From contig OZ024742.1 in assembly GCA_964016885.1 (NCBI GenBank), positions 135,532,001-135,596,000 of the forward strand: DNA of 64,000 nucleotides, in the 5' to 3' direction. The translations under genes were made by a program, and so were the position numbers. Of the stretch, positions 13,528 to 27,800 are shown one piece after another. Below the pieces are notes generated by a model that ran no database searches, had not been told where the DNA came from, and saw nothing but the letters and a program-made list of their open reading frames with translations. This stretch comes from Eledone cirrhosa (Eukaryota). Numbering within the stretch: the stretch's first letter is position 1; the number at the start of each line of letters is the position of its first letter.

Positions 13528-14126
13528 CGGTTTATATTCAATAGTTTCATTAGTTGTACGTTAGCTATTGGATAACATGCTTTATTAAGTAAAGGTTTTG
13601 TGTTTTGACGTGTTTCATTAGCTTTTATCTGTTTTACTAATTCCGTTTTTATCATACGCAGTTGTTGCTTAAGGTTTCTAGTCGTATTTCTCCACCAATT
13701 TATTGGCTGGAATCATTCATACACTTTTCTTCTTGTGTTTGTTGGTTTATTGAAAGGGTAAATGTTTCGAGTGAGTTGATGGTGACTAAAAGGTTTTGAC
13801 TGTGTTAGGTCGGTCCGATCCCAAGTATTTGAGCAAAAGGTGAGTGGCTATGTAACTAGTCAAGGGTTTGTCGGGTGGTACATCCTAAGCGTATTATTGG
13901 TTATACGTGTGTTCCATGGCAATTACCGAATAGAGTGGCAGTCCCCGCAGATTTTTATTACATAGCAACGACATAATACGGTAACTGCAGCCTGATGTTA
14001 ACTGTCATCTTCATTCTTGTAATTAATGTGTGTCTCTGGCTGGTTTAAGTGAGCTTGGGTCATAGAAGGACTTCTGTTCTTTAGTTCTCGTAGAATTTGC
14101 TTTCAGGTTAAGGCAATTCATGTCTT

Positions 14127-14250
<124 letters not shown>

Positions 14251-15090
14251 ACATAGACACACATACAGAAGTAGGAAAGAGAGAGAGTCAACGTGTGTGT
14301 ATCATATTTTCTAAGAAATTTACTAGAGACTAGATTGTAAAATTGCAACTATCAATCAATTAACTAAAATGTTAGCATTTGCCAGAAAGAGAATTGCATT
14401 GTGATTATTCGTGGAAGGGCAATATTTGTTAAAGACCAGAAAAATATCGTTGCTGTTCTTAGATCACTTTCGTTCCGAGTTCAAACACCAACCATAATCA
14501 ATTGTCTCTTTTCTCATTTCGCTGTGGTTATAATAAGAATCAATTGATCTACAGATGAGTTGATCACCCTTTACGTCCAGCACAAGTTTAATCAAGTTTT
14601 GAATGTATCAGAAAAGAAGCTCGCGAGATATGGTTCGCGATCATTATTTTCTCATTTCTATTACGGTCAATCCGATATTGCTTTCATCTTTCCGGAGTTA
14701 ATGAAATAATATAGGAGTACGGTACTAAATATGGATTTTTCAACTCCCCAACAAAACATGTGATATTGTGCAAATGTTCTTCCTCTGAGTTCCTTCTAAC
14801 GCAAGACACTTTTAAGGAAGGTCAGTAGTTGCACATGCAACAATGTTGCCTTTTCCACAGTTAGGTTATTGTCTAAGAGAAAGGCAAGACCCGGTAAGCC
14901 TTATAAAAAATTCCGAAAAAATAAGAGAAAAGTGAACAAGACTTTAGATATTCTACCAATCCACCCTCCTAGATTGGTATTTCCCTTTTATCGACTCCGA
15001 TGAATAAAAGGCAAACTTCATATAGGCAAGATTTGAACACAAAATGTAAAGCGACAACGCAGTGTTAGGTACCATTATCATAAAAGCACG

Positions 15091-15315
15091 TCAGGGTGGT
15101 GAATTGGCTGTATCGGTAAAGCGTCGGACACTATGCTTTGCAGCATAGAGTTACGGCCCTTTATTGTCTGAGTTCAAATCCCACCGAGATTAACTTTGCC
15201 TCTCATACTTACGGGACCGATAAAATATAGCACCAGTAATTCCCTGGGTCGTTTAATCGACTTTTCCCTTTTCCAAATGTACTGGCCTGGTGCCTAAATC
15301 ATCAAAATTATAATT
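15091..15315 (+). mobile_element. Full-length tRNA-derived SINE family A with target-site duplication
   Basis: A-box-like TGGCTGTATCGG (15105), B-box GAGTTCAAATCC (15170), and direct repeat AAAGCACG at 15083-15090 and 15316-15323. Confidence 0.85.
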
Positions 15316-15917
15316 AAAGCACGAGATTATAGAGAAAAAATTGTTTACTTTTATGTTTTGTTTTGTTTTTAGTTTTGCTTAAGACCGCGGCTGTACTGGA
15401 CAATGGAATGAAATAATCATCACTACCACCACCACCACAACGACCATTATTATATAATCGCCATCATTACCATTGGCATCATCACGAGCACCACCACCAC
15501 CATCATCATCCCCATCGTCATAAACACCAACAACAACAACACCACTACCACCATCAGCATCATCATCAATATAATCATCAAGAGAATTAACATAATCTAC
15601 TTCAAAATGTGTTTTATTTTCTTCATGACTGAAAGGGAAAATTTAATGTGCTTTTTAATCTTTACTATTTTTTTCCTTTTTTTTTTCTCTCTCTCTCTGT
15701 TTATTTTTAGTTGTTCTCTATTATACACAACTCTCTTTTTTAGTATTTTTTTTCTCAAAGATTATTTTACACTCATTGTAGTTTCCGGTCGTTCTTAGTT
15801 TGTTACACAATTTTAGCTTCCTAACTAATGGAAGAAATATTAGATTCCTGAGTTTTATGCTCTTTCTTTGACTAACTACACCCACCACACCGTGGCGTCC
15901 AAACTTCAATAATTTAG

Positions 15918-16315
15918 CATACACATACATACACACACACACTTGCATGCATACATACATACAAACATACATGCATACATACATACACATACATACATAC
16001 ACACATACATACATACATAGATGCATACACACGCGTACATAAGCATACATACATACATAAATACACACATACATACACATACATACATACATGCATACAG
16101 ACACTTACACAAATACATACACACATACATATATACATGCATACATACATACATACATACATACACACATACATACACATACATACACACATGCATACAG
16201 ACACTTACACAAATACATACACACATACATACATACATACACACATGCATACATGCATACAGACTCTTACACAAATACATACATACATACATACATACAT
16301 ACATACATACATTCA

Positions 16316-16345
<30 letters not shown>
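15918..16345. repeat. (TACA)n microsatellite with higher-order units
   Basis: ATGCATACAGACACTTACACAAATACATAC recurs at about 16091, 16191 and 16253. Confidence 0.9.
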
Positions 16346-16346
<1 letters not shown>

Positions 16347-18939
16347 TCATTTACAAATATACAGATTCACTTACACCGAATTCTCTTTAAAAGAACGAAA
16401 GAATTTCTCTTGCAGTGCCAACAACGACGACCACAACAAAAATTATTTTACATTGTATAAATAGCTTTTTTTTTATTTATTTATATGGTTTTCTTTGAAA
16501 TTTTTCTTTAACTTTTTGCACAACTGTTTCCATTCGGCTGTATGCCATGAGAGAACATTGTCATGCTAATAATGAATACATCAATGATGAAGATGATGAT
16601 GATGGAAGTGGTGGTGGAAATGATGTTGATGAAGATGGTGATGATGGTGATGATAATATAACGATTATGATGATAATATAACGGTTATGATGATAATGAT
16701 GATGATGATGATGATGATATAACGATTATGATGATAATGATGATGATGATGATGATGATGATATAACGATTATGATGATAATGATGATGATGATGATGAT
16801 GATGATGAATTGTTGAGAATAGAAGAGGTGGGTAGGAGAGTTCAACGTCGACAATGACGGAAACGATGGAGATAAAGACGACGATGTAGACGACGACGAA
16901 AACGGCAACGACCATGTTGGTTTAGAAGATCTATTAGAGACCATCGCGCTCTGTGTTCAAACAGAATGCATGGCACCAAGTGTAGATGTCGCCTAGCTTA
17001 ATATCTGGCTGTCTCAAGTTGTTTTGAATAAAATTAGGTAGAACGTAAATATACAGACCTATGACGAAAGGGAGATTGTACCTGCTTCTCGGTGGTAAAT
17101 CAAATGTTGCATTTAATATAGGGCTACCTTCAAGGCAACCTCGTTTTTCACATTCTTTCACTCGAATGATGTCTCCAGTTCAGGGATAAACCACATGTAG
17201 TTGGTTCTTTCAACATTTTCACCCATCATCTGTTTATCCACCATGTTTTCCATGCTTGCAAAAGATGAACAAAAGACGTAGCTAATTCAAAATTCGTGTG
17301 GCTTTAAGTAAGTCCATTTTAAGTTTAACCCTAGCTAATGGTGACCCTCATTTTTAACTGATTCGGCTGTAGCAACGGCAAGTGAAAATCTTTGATCCAG
17401 CTCACCACAAGCACCCCGAACTAGGGATTGAACTCTTGACCTTACGGACATAAAACGAATACACAAACCACAAGAAAACTTTTCCCCCTTCACCGCACTC
17501 CGAAATCCTGTAAAATATCATTAATAGTGCCCTTTCACCTCTGAATAAGCCATAAAACATGTGTATGAAATGCTCTTTGTTAAAGTAATCACCTCTACTA
17601 TACTATAATTCAATCCAGTGAACCTTAGTTTTATATAAATCTATATGATGTACACACACAGCATCAGTATAAGGATCCCAGCATAGAGTCTCTTCATCTA
17701 TTTATTTATTTATTTATACTGTTTTTTTTTTATTTAGTTAAATCCATTCACATGCTATAATTCTATTAGGGTCAGTCCCTTATATGTTGACGTAATTTGT
17801 TGATCGTGTTGTCATATAGCCATACTTTATTCCTATTCAAGTAGACTCTCGCTCAAATCCGTTCCAACCAAGGCCATTTAATCTTATTTTCAAACATATT
17901 ACATATAGTACTGTCCAATGTGATCATCCATTATTAAAGAATGGTTGTCAGGATTTAACAGTTAATTGGTTGATACATCTAGCGGATTGATAAACCATAT
18001 CGAGGGTCCATCGTTGACCCCTTGACCTTGAGCCTAATATGTTTTCTCTCTCTACAGCCAAAACGTTAATGTCAATAATAAAGAAGAATCGTGAGAGCGT
18101 CGGACAATACGATTTATGAGAATAGCTCCGACTATTAATGTTCTTATTTTAAATACCACAGAAGATAAATTTGAAGTTCAGCCTCTAGAGTTCGTAAGAA
18201 AATAAACTAACAATCAATCACTGGGTCGGTTTCATCAATATTACATTAACCAAAAAAGTGCTGGCCTTGTGCCAAAATTAGTAATCATTGTTAGGCTCAT
18301 CGATGTCACGTTGATGTCTGCTGGCTCAATGGAGAGATGGGAGACAATGTATCTGCGTTTACTCATGACCGAATGAGCTGTTAAGCAAATGGATGGCACA
18401 TATGACCAACTCACACACGATTGCATGTGACGATTTTAATTAGTTTAACTTCATTGTTAAATTTAGAATTATAATAAGCATTAGGATTACATCCTCCAAC
18501 AATCAACTCAGATATAATAAAACAATTAAAGTGTTGCTGCTCGGTAGTAATTGGATTTTTATGTCTGAGATTCGGAGAATATAACGTTTTAGTTATCTTA
18601 AAATTGTTCGCTTTTGTGTTATGGGAGGAATGAAGGGTAGAATAGATATATAGACATGCTCCTAAACAGACTCATTAACTGCTTAATGAACACAACCACA
18701 AGGATATGGTCCGAACGTGGAAGAGTCGAACTCCCACTGTCATCGCTTCCATCTCTCTCGCCCTCCCCATCTCTCTGTATGGTGAGCAAATGGGGTCCCA
18801 CATGCTGGCTTTCCCACAGCCCCAGCGGACAGAATGGAGATGGCGTTTCCCCGGAGGATACATAGATATACAAAAGATATGCGAGACACAAATCCTACTT
18901 AAAATTGTGTTCTTCGAAAAAATGTATAGTAAACGGTGA

Positions 18940-19280
18940 TTATCCGGCCGCTTCCTCTTCGCACCACGTCGCAGGGTGGAACGTCGGCGGCCCGTCTGAA
19001 GAAGGAGCTCCGCGAGGAAGGGTGGCCGTTGAAGCAGGTGTCGCTGGCCATTGTCTGCGAGAATGCTTTTGCGTTCTTGTCGCGGGACGCAGTCCCATTA
19101 CCGCCGCGCCCTAGACTCAGAGCCCATTACCCTCCCCCCCCCCCCCCTTGATTCTTCTATGACACTAGTGCCTTTCCTTTTCCCTTCCTTTTCTGTCTTT
19201 ATATTTTCTTATTTTACATTCCATTCTTTCTTCTCAATCTATTTTTTTCTTTGTCTTCACACTATTTTCAACTAAAAAAC
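18940..19280 (+). mobile_element. Second CRE-like 3' fragment
   Basis: GTSAARLKKELREEGWPLKQVSLAIVCENAFAFL. The nucleotides GGAACGTCGGCGG.CCGTCTGA.GA.GGAGC..CGCGAGG match the reverse complement of 9020-9057. Confidence 0.6.
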
Positions 19281-20141
19281 AAACACCCTACTTATTTTAA
19301 ATTTCCTTGCTATAATTCTTTGCAATGAAGCTATAATTCAGCAATACGCTTTTACAGCACTGTAGGCACCACCTTTAAAAAAGGAAATGGGTAAACCATT
19401 GAGAAACTGTAATATTAAAATGTTACACCTGACTGGAAAGGTTGTACTATTCTGACGATAATGCGGCGTATACAGTATCTCTCTGTTCATGATTATTGTA
19501 TACCAGGGAACAAGTTATGTTGCGGCCAAGAAGCTTTATTCTTTGATTTCGTGCATAAATTCTGCATTGATAGGATCTAGACGTTTAGTACTTGACAATA
19601 ATTATAACGCGTTTCAGTCATCAAGAAACGTGGTATTACTAACAGGAGTGACTGAAAGCAGTGCTTGGATTATGGCTATATGTCACGTAGATTCCTATAT
19701 ATTGCATGTCCGGCAGTCTATTGTTAGCTATGGGGGTCAAATCCCCTAACACACCTCCATGTTTTCTTTAAAAAAAAAAAGCAATTATCATATTAAAATA
19801 TGTTGAAATTGCTCATTGTTATGACTAGAACTTCGGCAAATGAGAGCTGACAAAGGGTTAAACACTACTAACAACAACGCAACGACGTAAATATATTTCA
19901 TTTGAAAATATACTCACATTCACGCAGACGCACACAAACACTCACACACACAGACATTGATAGACTCACTCACACACACAGTCACACACAATCACACACG
20001 CCGCAGGAAATTTGTAGAACCCCATCCTATTATCTCAGCCAGCTGTAAGCTGAAAATGGTGGGCGATGATATACGTACAATGTAGTTTGAATCCAAAAAT
20101 GATTAATGTCATTCTACGAAAGAATGTGTGATTGTGCGTGT

Positions 20142-20172
<31 letters not shown>

Positions 20173-20203
20173 CGCACAATCACACGCACACACACACACA
20201 CAC

Positions 20204-20239
<36 letters not shown>

Positions 20240-20444
20240 GTAGTCATGTACGTGTATATGTATGTATGTGTGTCTATGTATGGGTATTTTTGTGGTTTAT
20301 AAAGGTTTAACTATCAATCTTATGGAACCTCATACTTATTTAGGCGCACAGACACGCACACACGCACAGTCAGGAAAACCCACATACACACACACACATA
20401 TATATGTATACGTATATATATATGTGTGTGTTTTTGTGTGTCTG

Positions 20445-20475
<31 letters not shown>

Positions 20476-20492
20476 CTATAAGTACATAGATG

Positions 20493-20579
<87 letters not shown>

Positions 20580-20581
20580 TA

Positions 20582-20784
20582 TATAGGAACGATTAGGACC
20601 CCGACGGCTGAGCTCAAGCCGTTTCGACGGCTAATTCGACGGCTAATTGAGAATTAGCCGTCGAAACGGCTTGAGCTCAGCCGTCGGGGTCCTACTCGTT
20701 CCTATTACCCACTCTACTACCCTAAGTATTGAGTACTTTGGTGCGTTATGGTCCACCTGGTTCCTTAGCACATTTCCTTCGTTA
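20582..20784 (+). mobile_element. Fold-back hammerhead-derived mini-element, family B (copy 1 of 3)
   Basis: Palindrome at 20582-20705 plus an 80-nt tail ending TTCCTTCGTTA at (TA)n. Contains GAAA-CGGCT-TGAGCTC-AGCCGT-C (stem III plus GUC). Confidence 0.8.
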
Positions 20785-20943
20785 TATACATATATATATA
20801 TATCAGTTTAACCAACATATAATAGAAACAAATGTAGTCATTTAAAATCCTATGAGATAAAGGATATTAATTACTCTTTTGCCACGAAACGAACTCCTGT
20901 ATCTCTGCTCTACTTAATCCTCAAATTAAAGTGACCCATGCGC

Positions 20944-20987
<44 letters not shown>

Positions 20988-21867
20988 AGTGAACACTCCT
21001 TCACATATTGACATACAAATAGGCATATAAATAAATACCGCATATATACGTACTTGACACACATACATACGTGCATATATATATATATATATATATAAAT
21101 GGAATAGAATGAAACGAAATTTCATTTCTCACTCTTAGTACGGCACTTACTTAAATGTAGGTATGTATGTATGTACACGTACATACATATATGTATACAG
21201 ACGTACAGTAGTATGTATATATATACATACATGCACACATATATATATATATATGCCCGTATCGGTTTACGGCGTAATTCGCGCTGTGTGTTTGTTTACA
21301 AACGAACAAACTGAGCATTATAATAAATGTTCGGTAAACCGATACGTGCATATATATATATATGTGTGCATGTATGTATATATATACATACTACTGTACG
21401 CCTGTATACTTATATGTATGTACGTATACATACATACATACTTATATATATATATATATTCATATATACAGTTAAACAACAGAACTGTTAGCCACATAAG
21501 CCCCATAGTTATTAAATAAGCACTAAGAAGAAACCAGGATAAAAATGTGAGAGAGAAAATACATTGAAAATTAAAGATGGGGTTAAGTTTTGGGAAGGAA
21601 TAACACCTAACGTGTTAGAGACTGACATCTGAGAGAAAGAAGGGACGTATCAAAATGTCGGTGATTTCAGATAAACTGAATACAATAATAGTCGACATAG
21701 CAGATACAGTCATCTGAAATAGGAAATAAAGGTTGTAGGGATAACTTAGGAATGAAGGGTTATAAAATATAATTCTGTGAATACACGCAAAAGGTAAAAA
21801 GAAATAACAACACAATCGGTACAGGAAGGGATATATTAGGTTAACGCTTGATATAGCAGGAAGGGAG

Positions 21868-21902
21868 TCTTAACGTTTCGGACGGTAGTCCTTCTTCAGA
21901 AG

Positions 21903-21903
<1 letters not shown>
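21868..21903 (-). ncRNA. Minimal hammerhead ribozyme motif at the start of a ~430-bp island (21470-21905)
   Basis: Minus strand: TCTT-CTGAAGA-A-GGAC-TACC-GTCC-GAAA-CGTT-AAGA, immediately adjacent to (TA)n. Confidence 0.7.
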
Positions 21904-21984
<81 letters not shown>

Positions 21985-22560
21985 GGAGAGATGGTCTCTG
22001 GTCTATTCGCATTGCTGATAGATGGCGACAATCCTTAATGTTTATGTCGATGGGACGAAAGTGACGTACTTATGTCTTGAAACCTCGTTCGACCATAACT
22101 CGGAAATTGTCTACAGAACCTCAGATAATCCGCCTTCATCACAAGGAAAAACCCATTGCCCATTTATTTTTGCTCTATGAGTGACTAAGGAACCTCCATT
22201 ACACCGATATCAACATCCTTCTGTTAGACAGTCTGCCAACAAAGGATAACTAGCTCTGTCTACCCGTAATGGAATGCAGCTGACTCTGATAAGTTCTACC
22301 ACTCTTTGCCGGGTGTTAAGTTTCATCCCTCAGGGATGAAAAACTCACCCGCATTACCAAGCTAGATTGGTAGGGTTATTGGTTTCCTCCCTTGTGACGT
22401 GACCATTTGACAGGTTATACTGGATTACAGATTACTAGTAGCGATCGTTGAAGACCTGATATATGAACACACACTAACATACACAAACACACACATACAC
22501 ACACATATATATATATATATATATACGCATATATATATATACACACACAAATCTAAATTG

Positions 22561-22799
22561 CAGGGCCGGTGGAAGCATTTTTAAATGGGAGGGGGGCAAA
22601 TTTAGCTAATTTAGTTGTAGTAGTTAGTTTAGCTCTTTGCATTCTAAAATGGTCAGAAAACTTCGATATGCAATAAATATAATATGTACATAAATTATAG
22701 CGCATATCCACATAGAAGGGTGTTTTGGTAGAACGGGGAGGAAAAATATAATTATTATGTGGAAGGTGCATGCCCCCTCCACCAGTTCCACCACCAATG
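22561..22799. mobile_element. Possible hAT-like MITE
   Basis: Imperfect terminal inverted repeats CAGGGCCGGTGGAA / TTCCACCACCAATG with subterminal G/C runs; no clear TSD. Confidence 0.3.
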
Positions 22800-22956
22800 T
22801 ATATATATATAAATATGTATTAGAAAGTGAGTTTTTTTTTACAAAATGAAAAATAATCGAGGTGTCCTACACGAGTGAAAGTATAAGGAAAAAAGATGAA
22901 ATCGAAAATGCAACTCGAGTCTTTTTTTTTTTTTTAAATATATATTTATTTGGTTC

Positions 22957-22992
22957 CTTTACCGGTTTCGCAGTTCTTCTGCTTTTCAAAAG
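22957..22992 (-). ncRNA. Hammerhead ribozyme, U3-A8 core variant
   Basis: Minus strand: CTT-TTGAAAA-GCAG-AAGAA-CTGC-GAAA-CCGGTA-AAG. It lies in an island (22815-23570) with inverted ends at 22884-22950 / 23500-23567. Confidence 0.65.
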
Positions 22993-24644
22993 TAGAGTTG
23001 AGATGAAGGGTTTTTCTCACATCTGGTTGGTCTTTGAATGTTACTTCTGTTTTATATGGAGAAAAAGTGGCTCGAAATGCCAAGTTTTTAGAGAAGTAAT
23101 TTGATTGGTTGGTGAATAAGCATAATAAATTTCGCGCCAGTTCGCGTTACAAAGTTCTTCAAACTAAGGGGGAGCTGGGGTTGTTTTTTCATATATGAGT
23201 GAAGTTTGGTTGGTTGAATAAGCATATCAGCTTTCGCGCCAGTTCGTGTTTGAATTTCTTTTTACTTAAAAGAAAAAAGTGGCTCACGTAGGCTTTTTTT
23301 TATAAATGTTATTTAATTAGTTATAAATGGAATTATGACTGTCACGTGAACAAGTACATTAAATTTCGCGCCCGTATTATGGAAATTTTTTATAGTTATT
23401 TAGAGAATGTTGTTCCAAACAAAAGATAATGCTCAAGAAAAAGGGATAGAGAGAGTTGTTCTAAATGGCTATAAAAAAAATTCACAAATACGGGCGCAAA
23501 ATAAATATATATTTAAAAAAACAAAGACTCCAGTTGCATTTTCGATTTCATCTTTTTTCCTTATATATATATATTACACAAAGAGAAGTGTGTTACACAG
23601 TGAGATGTGTGTAAAGAATTATTACAAGTGAGTTTTACCGTTACTGTATAGAGAACAATATCTACAGGTTTAGCAATGAAATAGAAAAAAACTAAGTCAG
23701 AATCAAATCACTGAAGTAGAGTTTTAAATTACCAACCTTATAAGTTTGCTGATACGAATCTCGTTCGTTTCACCACAGACATGTGCAGTGTAACAGCCCA
23801 CAGGATACTCAGTTAGCAAATGTGGATGGTGTTCACGACACATGGATAGAGAGAAAGCTAATATACACGCTGCCCAGTGTAGGGCGAAATCACGTGTTAT
23901 TTGCATCAAATAATGGCTCTCGTGCATTGGGGAAAATTCTAGAGAGAGAAGTCCAACCATTTGAATTTATTAGCTCAACAATTTGCAGCTCGTTAAGTAT
24001 ACAAGGATCGGAATTAAGAGTATTCCACAGTTCACAGTAATGATAATAATATTAGCTCAAAGAATAATAGAGAATTTTCTTCCGAGCTCAAATGCAAATA
24101 TATTAGACAAAGAGAAGTGTGTTACACAGTGAGATGTGTGTAAAGAATTATTACAATTGAGTTTTACCGTTACTGTATACTGACTTAGTTTTTTTCTATT
24201 TAATTGCTAAGCCTGTTGATATTGTTCTCTATACAGTTTCTAAAAACAGTGGGAGGGTGGCATGAGTACTATGTATTGATGAACGAATAAATATTCTAAA
24301 GAGATTACGCAATAGTGATTGCCTAAACACGAGAAATGAATTATTCACACGTTGTCCACACGTCTGGAAACAAAACTTACATAACTACAAAGCTCCGGAT
24401 TGAATTACAACAACATCCTAATGTTCTTATCAACTAGAAACTTTTCGGAATTTTTCAGTTATCTCCCTTACACCTCTTGCACGCATTTTAGTATTGCCTG
24501 TGTGAAGTGATCGTTTCTTCGCATGCACGTTCGTACGGTTGCCCTTCCTGTTCCGTATAACCACGTCCATTACGAGCTGAGGATCCGCTAAGGTGAAACA
24601 ATTGTTCTCGGTATGGTGAACTAACTGTTGTGTAACCACTTCTA

Positions 24645-24680
<36 letters not shown>

Positions 24681-24836
24681 TGTATGTATGTATGTATGTA
24701 CATATGTGTGTGTAAGTGAGTAGCGTGTGTTTTTTTGTATGTATGAGTGTTGGTGTGTGCGCGCGTATGTACATGTGTATGTGCGCGTGTGTGTATGTCG
24801 TACGTATAAGTGACAATAAATGATTTCTTTTTTTTG

Positions 24837-27800
24837 GGGGGTGGCTGCCCGATCGCGCAGTTGAACCACTGGGAGTGAAGAACCCCTAGCTCCTGTCAGG
24901 GCATTCTTCTAGCAGAAGGCATCTCAGGAAACTGGGTTAACTCCGACATAAAACCTGCGGCTCAGTAGTTAGCGATGATGTTGATGTTTTCTTCTTTTCG
25001 GGTTATAGCTACTGTCGCTCAGAGAGTGTGATTGGCTCAGTGCACAGTCTTTGCTCACTTTAAAAATATTCGTCGCAGGTATTGGACGATTGCATTAATT
25101 AATCATTATTAATAGTGTATTATTATTATTTTTATTATTGTTACTATTATTATTACTTTTTTTTCAAATTCAATGATGTTTCAGAACAATATAAAAGAGA
25201 TAATTGGCAATAAAGGTTCTGGGAAAAAAAAATTGGCAATAAGGGCAGCGGCCCCAGGTTATCACAGCATCGTGCCATTGTAATAGAGCCAAACAAGTAT
25301 TGGCTGCTGGAACGCTGCTGGACGCTGCTTGACAGGGATTCATTGGAGCGTCCTGAACGAAGGACAGCTCTTGTTTTAAAGGAGCTTGGACGTTACGATC
25401 TTGACATCGTGGCTTTATCTGAGACGAGGTTAGCTGGAGATGGTCATCTTACAGAATTTTGTGGAGAATATACATTCTTCTGGAAAGGAAGAGATGAAGT
25501 AACGAGAAGAGAGGCTGGGGTAGCATTTGATGTTAAGACTGTTCTTGTGAATAATTTAGAAGAATTCCCAGTAGGGATTAGTGAGCGTCTTATGTCCATG
25601 AGAGTTCCGCTGGACAAAGGAAGATATGCGACCCTGGTGAGTGTGTATGCTCCAACTATGAATTCTGTCGATGGAGAAAAAGTGTCCTTTTACCATGCCT
25701 TGAAAGGTGTTTTAAGAAAAATCTCCCCCCCCCCCCCCAGGCAGACAAAGTCATCGTGCTTGGTGACTTTAATGCTAGAGTGGGTAGGGATTTTAACACA
25801 TGGAATGTAATCGGAAGGCATGGGGTGGGAAAGTGTAACAACAATGGTATGCTCCTGCTGCAGATGTGTGAGAAGCTGGATCTGTGTGTTACTAACACCA
25901 TGTTCCAACAAAAGAACAAATTCAAGACCACATGGATGCATCCTGCATCTAAAGAATGGCATCTTTTGGACTACGTCCTAGTCAGGATGCGTGACAGACA
26001 GGATGTGCAGTGTGTTCATGCTCTTCGTGGTGCTGAGTGCTGGACCGACCACCTCCTGGTACGCGCAAAAGTGAAACTAATCACTAAAATTAAAATCCGG
26101 GCTCCTGGTGTGGCCCTGCCCAAAAGATTGAATGCTGCTCGTCTTAAGGATAAAAATGTGAAGAGGACATTGCAAGAAGAGATGCAGGTTGCAGATCTTG
26201 GTAAGGATTGCCCGACCCTTAAAAAGTCGGTTTATGGTGTAGTCAGGCGTGTTCTGGGATTGGTGCAGAGAAAACATCAGGACTGGTTTAATGAGAATGA
26301 TGTACATATAGAAGACTTGTTGGCTGATAAGAGGCGTGCTCTGTCACGCTACTTGACGGCAAAACCACAGGAGAGGAATACGTTGCATGAGGAGCTCAGG
26401 GATGTAAAATCACGTGTTAGGCGGAGTCTTTCTCAGATGAAGGATCAGTGGTGGAGTGAGAAGGCTGATGAGATACAAACTGCGTCAGATTCCAATAACA
26501 CAAAGCTGCTGTACAGTCTCTTGCGAGAAGTTTATGGACCGTCTTCTTCTCTGGTGACATCGCTTCGTAGCAAGGATGGCAAAGAATTTCTTCGTAACTC
26601 ACAAGGAATTCTACAAAGCGAGAACACTTTGATGATCTTTTGAATCAGCCGTCTGTCGTCAATGAAGATTTCCTCAATCTCATTCCAGAAAGTCCTGTGA
26701 AAGTAGCTCTCACAGAACCTCCGACGCTTGTGGAGGTTGCAGTGGCTATCTCGAAGCTGAACAGGGGAAGGTCTCCAGGTATGGATGGCATACATGCTGA
26801 GCTCCTACAATATGGTGGTGAGAGACTCCTGCAACATCTTCACTCTTTGTTTGACAGGATATGGGCTAATGAATCCGTACATGAGGTCTGGAGAGATGCA
26901 GTAATGGTGGTCTTGTATAGGGGAAAGGGTAACAGGAATGAATGTAGGAACTACAGAGGTATATCATTGTTTCTGTCGCAGGGAAAGTTTTATGTAGGGT
27001 GCTTCTGGACCGTCTCTTGACACACATTGCAGATTGTGTTCTTCCTGAAAGTCAATCTGGTTTTCGTGCTGGACACGGCACTACTGATATGATCTTCTCA
27101 GCTAGACAGCTCCAAGAGAAGCACATGGAACAAGGTTTGGATCTGTATCAGGTTTTTGTCGATCTGACAAAGGCTTTCGATACTGTTAACAGAAATGCAT
27201 TATGGAAGGTTCTCCAGAAACTTGGTTGCCCCGATAAGTTCCTTGCTTTAGTTAGGTCTTTCCATGACGACATGAAGGCTTGGCTTAATGTCCGAGGTAA
27301 CATGTCGGAGCCTATCTCAGTAAAAAATGGAGTGAATCAGGGGGATATTCCAGCACCGACCCTGTTTGCCATATACTTTGCAATGGTTTTCTGTATTGCA
27401 TTCAGGAATTGCGATCATGGTGTTTACATCCGATATCGAACCTCAGGCAGCATACTTAACATCAGGCGCTTTGCTGCAAAGACAAAATTATTTACATCAA
27501 TCATAAGAGACCTCTTGTATGGAGATGATTTCGATCTTGTAGCGCACACAGAGAGTGGTATGCAGCACATTTTGAATGCATTTTCTGACGCTTGCACTGC
27601 CCTAGGATTGACTGTCAGTCTCAAGAAAACCGTCGTCATGTACCAACCTGCCGCTGGTAAGCAGTACAGTGAACCATATATCTATGTGTATGGTAAACGA
27701 ATTGGAGTTGTTGATCAGTTTGTCTACCTGGGAAGCACTGTCAATCGATACGGCAACCTTGATAGTGAAATCTCACTTAGGATTAGGAAAGCAAGTGATG

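Noticed and set aside
13530-14117. Minus-strand remnant with CxxC-like and RP-like peptides, possibly a restriction-like-endonuclease LINE
   Set aside because: Multiple stops and frameshifts; the motif match is too weak without a search.
15091-15185. tRNA gene
   Set aside because: A and B boxes are present but there is no cloverleaf; it is a SINE head with a TSD and dispersed copies.
24870-24930. Possible HDV-like ribozyme at the RTE 5' end (GGGAGTG/CATTCTT, CCCT/AGGG)
   Set aside because: I could not find the P1.1 GG, P4 or P2' strand; the pseudoknot is incomplete by eye.
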